A stretch of DNA of 63,151 nt, counting the filler. It is 6 parts of 6 records of this genome, joined end to end, with 100 filler letters (N's around TTAATTAATTAA, not from the genome) between each part and the next. Parts side by side here need not be neighbours in the genome. Positions count along the whole stretch, not along the records: positions 55,782 to 63,151 come from SRR31156797_1310; 5 more parts are not named here. One strand, written 5' to 3'. Both the position numbers and the translations under genes were made by a program. The notes under the pieces are model-generated. The model was given only the letters and a program-made list of their open reading frames with translations, did no database searches and was not told the DNA's origin. Shown piece after piece: positions 62,221-63,151 of the stretch. Within the stretch, counting starts at the first letter, position 1; the number at the start of each line of letters is the position of its first letter.

Positions 62221-63151
62221 CTATTTCCCTAAACAAAATGCACCAAACATTACATCAAGCATCTCATCATTTTCATAAGGTCTTGTGATGTTTGAAATAT
62301 TTTCTAACGCTTCATTTATATGGTATGCAAAAAATTCTAACTCACCAGTTTCTAAAGGCATAGTTGAATTTTTGATATTAGCTAATGTATTCTCAACAGA
62401 ATCAACTTGTCTTTTTGAGATTAGAGTCATATCATCACTATGAGTATTTGAATCTAAAATTGATTCTAGTTTTGAGATTAAAGGGTTAATCGTCTCTTTT
62501 GTACTTAACTCAATAAAATCTTCAAGTTTTGTTTTGTCAAAAAAGTTTTCTAAATCTGATTTATTTAATACTCTTATAATCTCTTTGTCAGAGTACTCTT
62601 TTATCAAAGACAAAATCTTTTCATCTTCTGCATCACAAACTTTGCTATTATCAAATAAAGAGATTACTATATCAGCTTCTTCTATTGCTTTGATAGACTT
62701 TTCTATACCTATTTGTTCAATAACATCATCAGCTTCTCTAATACCAGCTGTATCAACTATTTTAATAATATGAGTACCTATTTTTACAGACTCTTCAATT
62801 GTATCTCTAGTAGTTCCAGCAATATCTGAAATAATAGCTCTATCAAAGTTAAGTAGTTTATTTAATAATGAAGATTTTCCAACATTTGGTTTACCTATTA
62901 TTGCTACTTTAAAACCTTCTATTAAACCTTCTCTTCTTTTACTAGCTTCCAAAGTATCTTCTAGTTTTGTAAGAATATTATCTAGTTTATTTTTAATTTG
63001 CTCAAAAATATCTTCAGGTAGGTCCTCTTCAGCATAATCAATATTAACTTCAGTGTAAGCTAACATAAAAAGTAAATCTTCTCTAATATCATTTACAAAG
63101 TTAGTTAATTCACCTTTTAATTGTTTTGCTAAAAGTTTAACTGCATCTTCA
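62221..63151 (-). CDS. mnmE: tRNA modification GTPase MnmE (5' truncated)
   Basis: GKPNVGKSS, AGTTRD, DTAG, NKSD, terminal FCLGK. Confidence 0.97.
   Translation of the reverse strand, partial: EDAVKLLAKQLKGELTNFVNDIREDLLFMLAYTEVNIDYAEEDLPEDIFEQIKNKLDNILTKLEDTLEASKRREGLIEGFKVAIIGKPNVGKSSLLNKLLNFDRAIISDIAGTTRDTIEESVKIGTHIIKIVDTAGIREADDVIEQIGIEKSIKAIEEADIVISLFDNSKVCDAEDEKILSLIKEYSDKEIIRVLNKSDLENFFDKTKLEDFIELSTKETINPLISKLESILDSNTHSDDMTLISKRQVDSVENTLANIKNSTMPLETGELEFFAYHINEALENISNITRPYENDEMLDVMFGAFCLGK

Overview
This window is not one locus. It is six unrelated contig fragments joined by 100-nt artificial spacers (N44-TTAATTAATTAA-N44); all taxonomic calls below are inferred from gene content and composition. 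(1) 1-9826, Desulfobacterota-like: a sigma54/GntR-controlled ureide catabolism operon (ABC importer, divergent malate synthase, AllE, M20 amidohydrolase, GntR), plus an ATPase/HypB-like pair. (2) 9927-20657, Clostridia-like: xylA, dusB, nrdD-[alkaline phosphatase]-nrdG, pgk-tpiA-gpmI. (3) 20758-27277, very AT-rich and Fusobacteriota-like: a small accessory islet upstream of a guanine riboswitch with an abnormal L3 loop and purL. The islet holds an MNT-HEPN fusion, an unannotated 23-aa type I toxin-like peptide with a structured RNA, and a coupled TIR plus membrane-anchored unknown gene pair. (4) 27378-48710, Bacteroidales: fabH, lpxH, two CxxC-less TlpA-like lipoproteins, an RDD/SpoIIM/MoxR/DUF58 cluster, a heavy-metal AraC regulon, BlaI with an M56-POTRA sensor, mntP and an MCP. 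(5) 48811-55681, Bacteroidota: a tandem array of at least four secreted fibre-like paralogues sharing an invariant KGGFAVGGLSGTK repeat but with different C-terminal modules. (6) 55782-63151, Arcobacter/Campylobacterota-like: DUF134 regulator, htpX, response regulator, two sixA paralogues, HI0933 flavoprotein and mnmE. The best candidates for undescribed systems are the TIR + TM-effector pair in the islet, the fibre-protein array, the M56-POTRA sensor, the peptide/sRNA module and the riboswitch variant.
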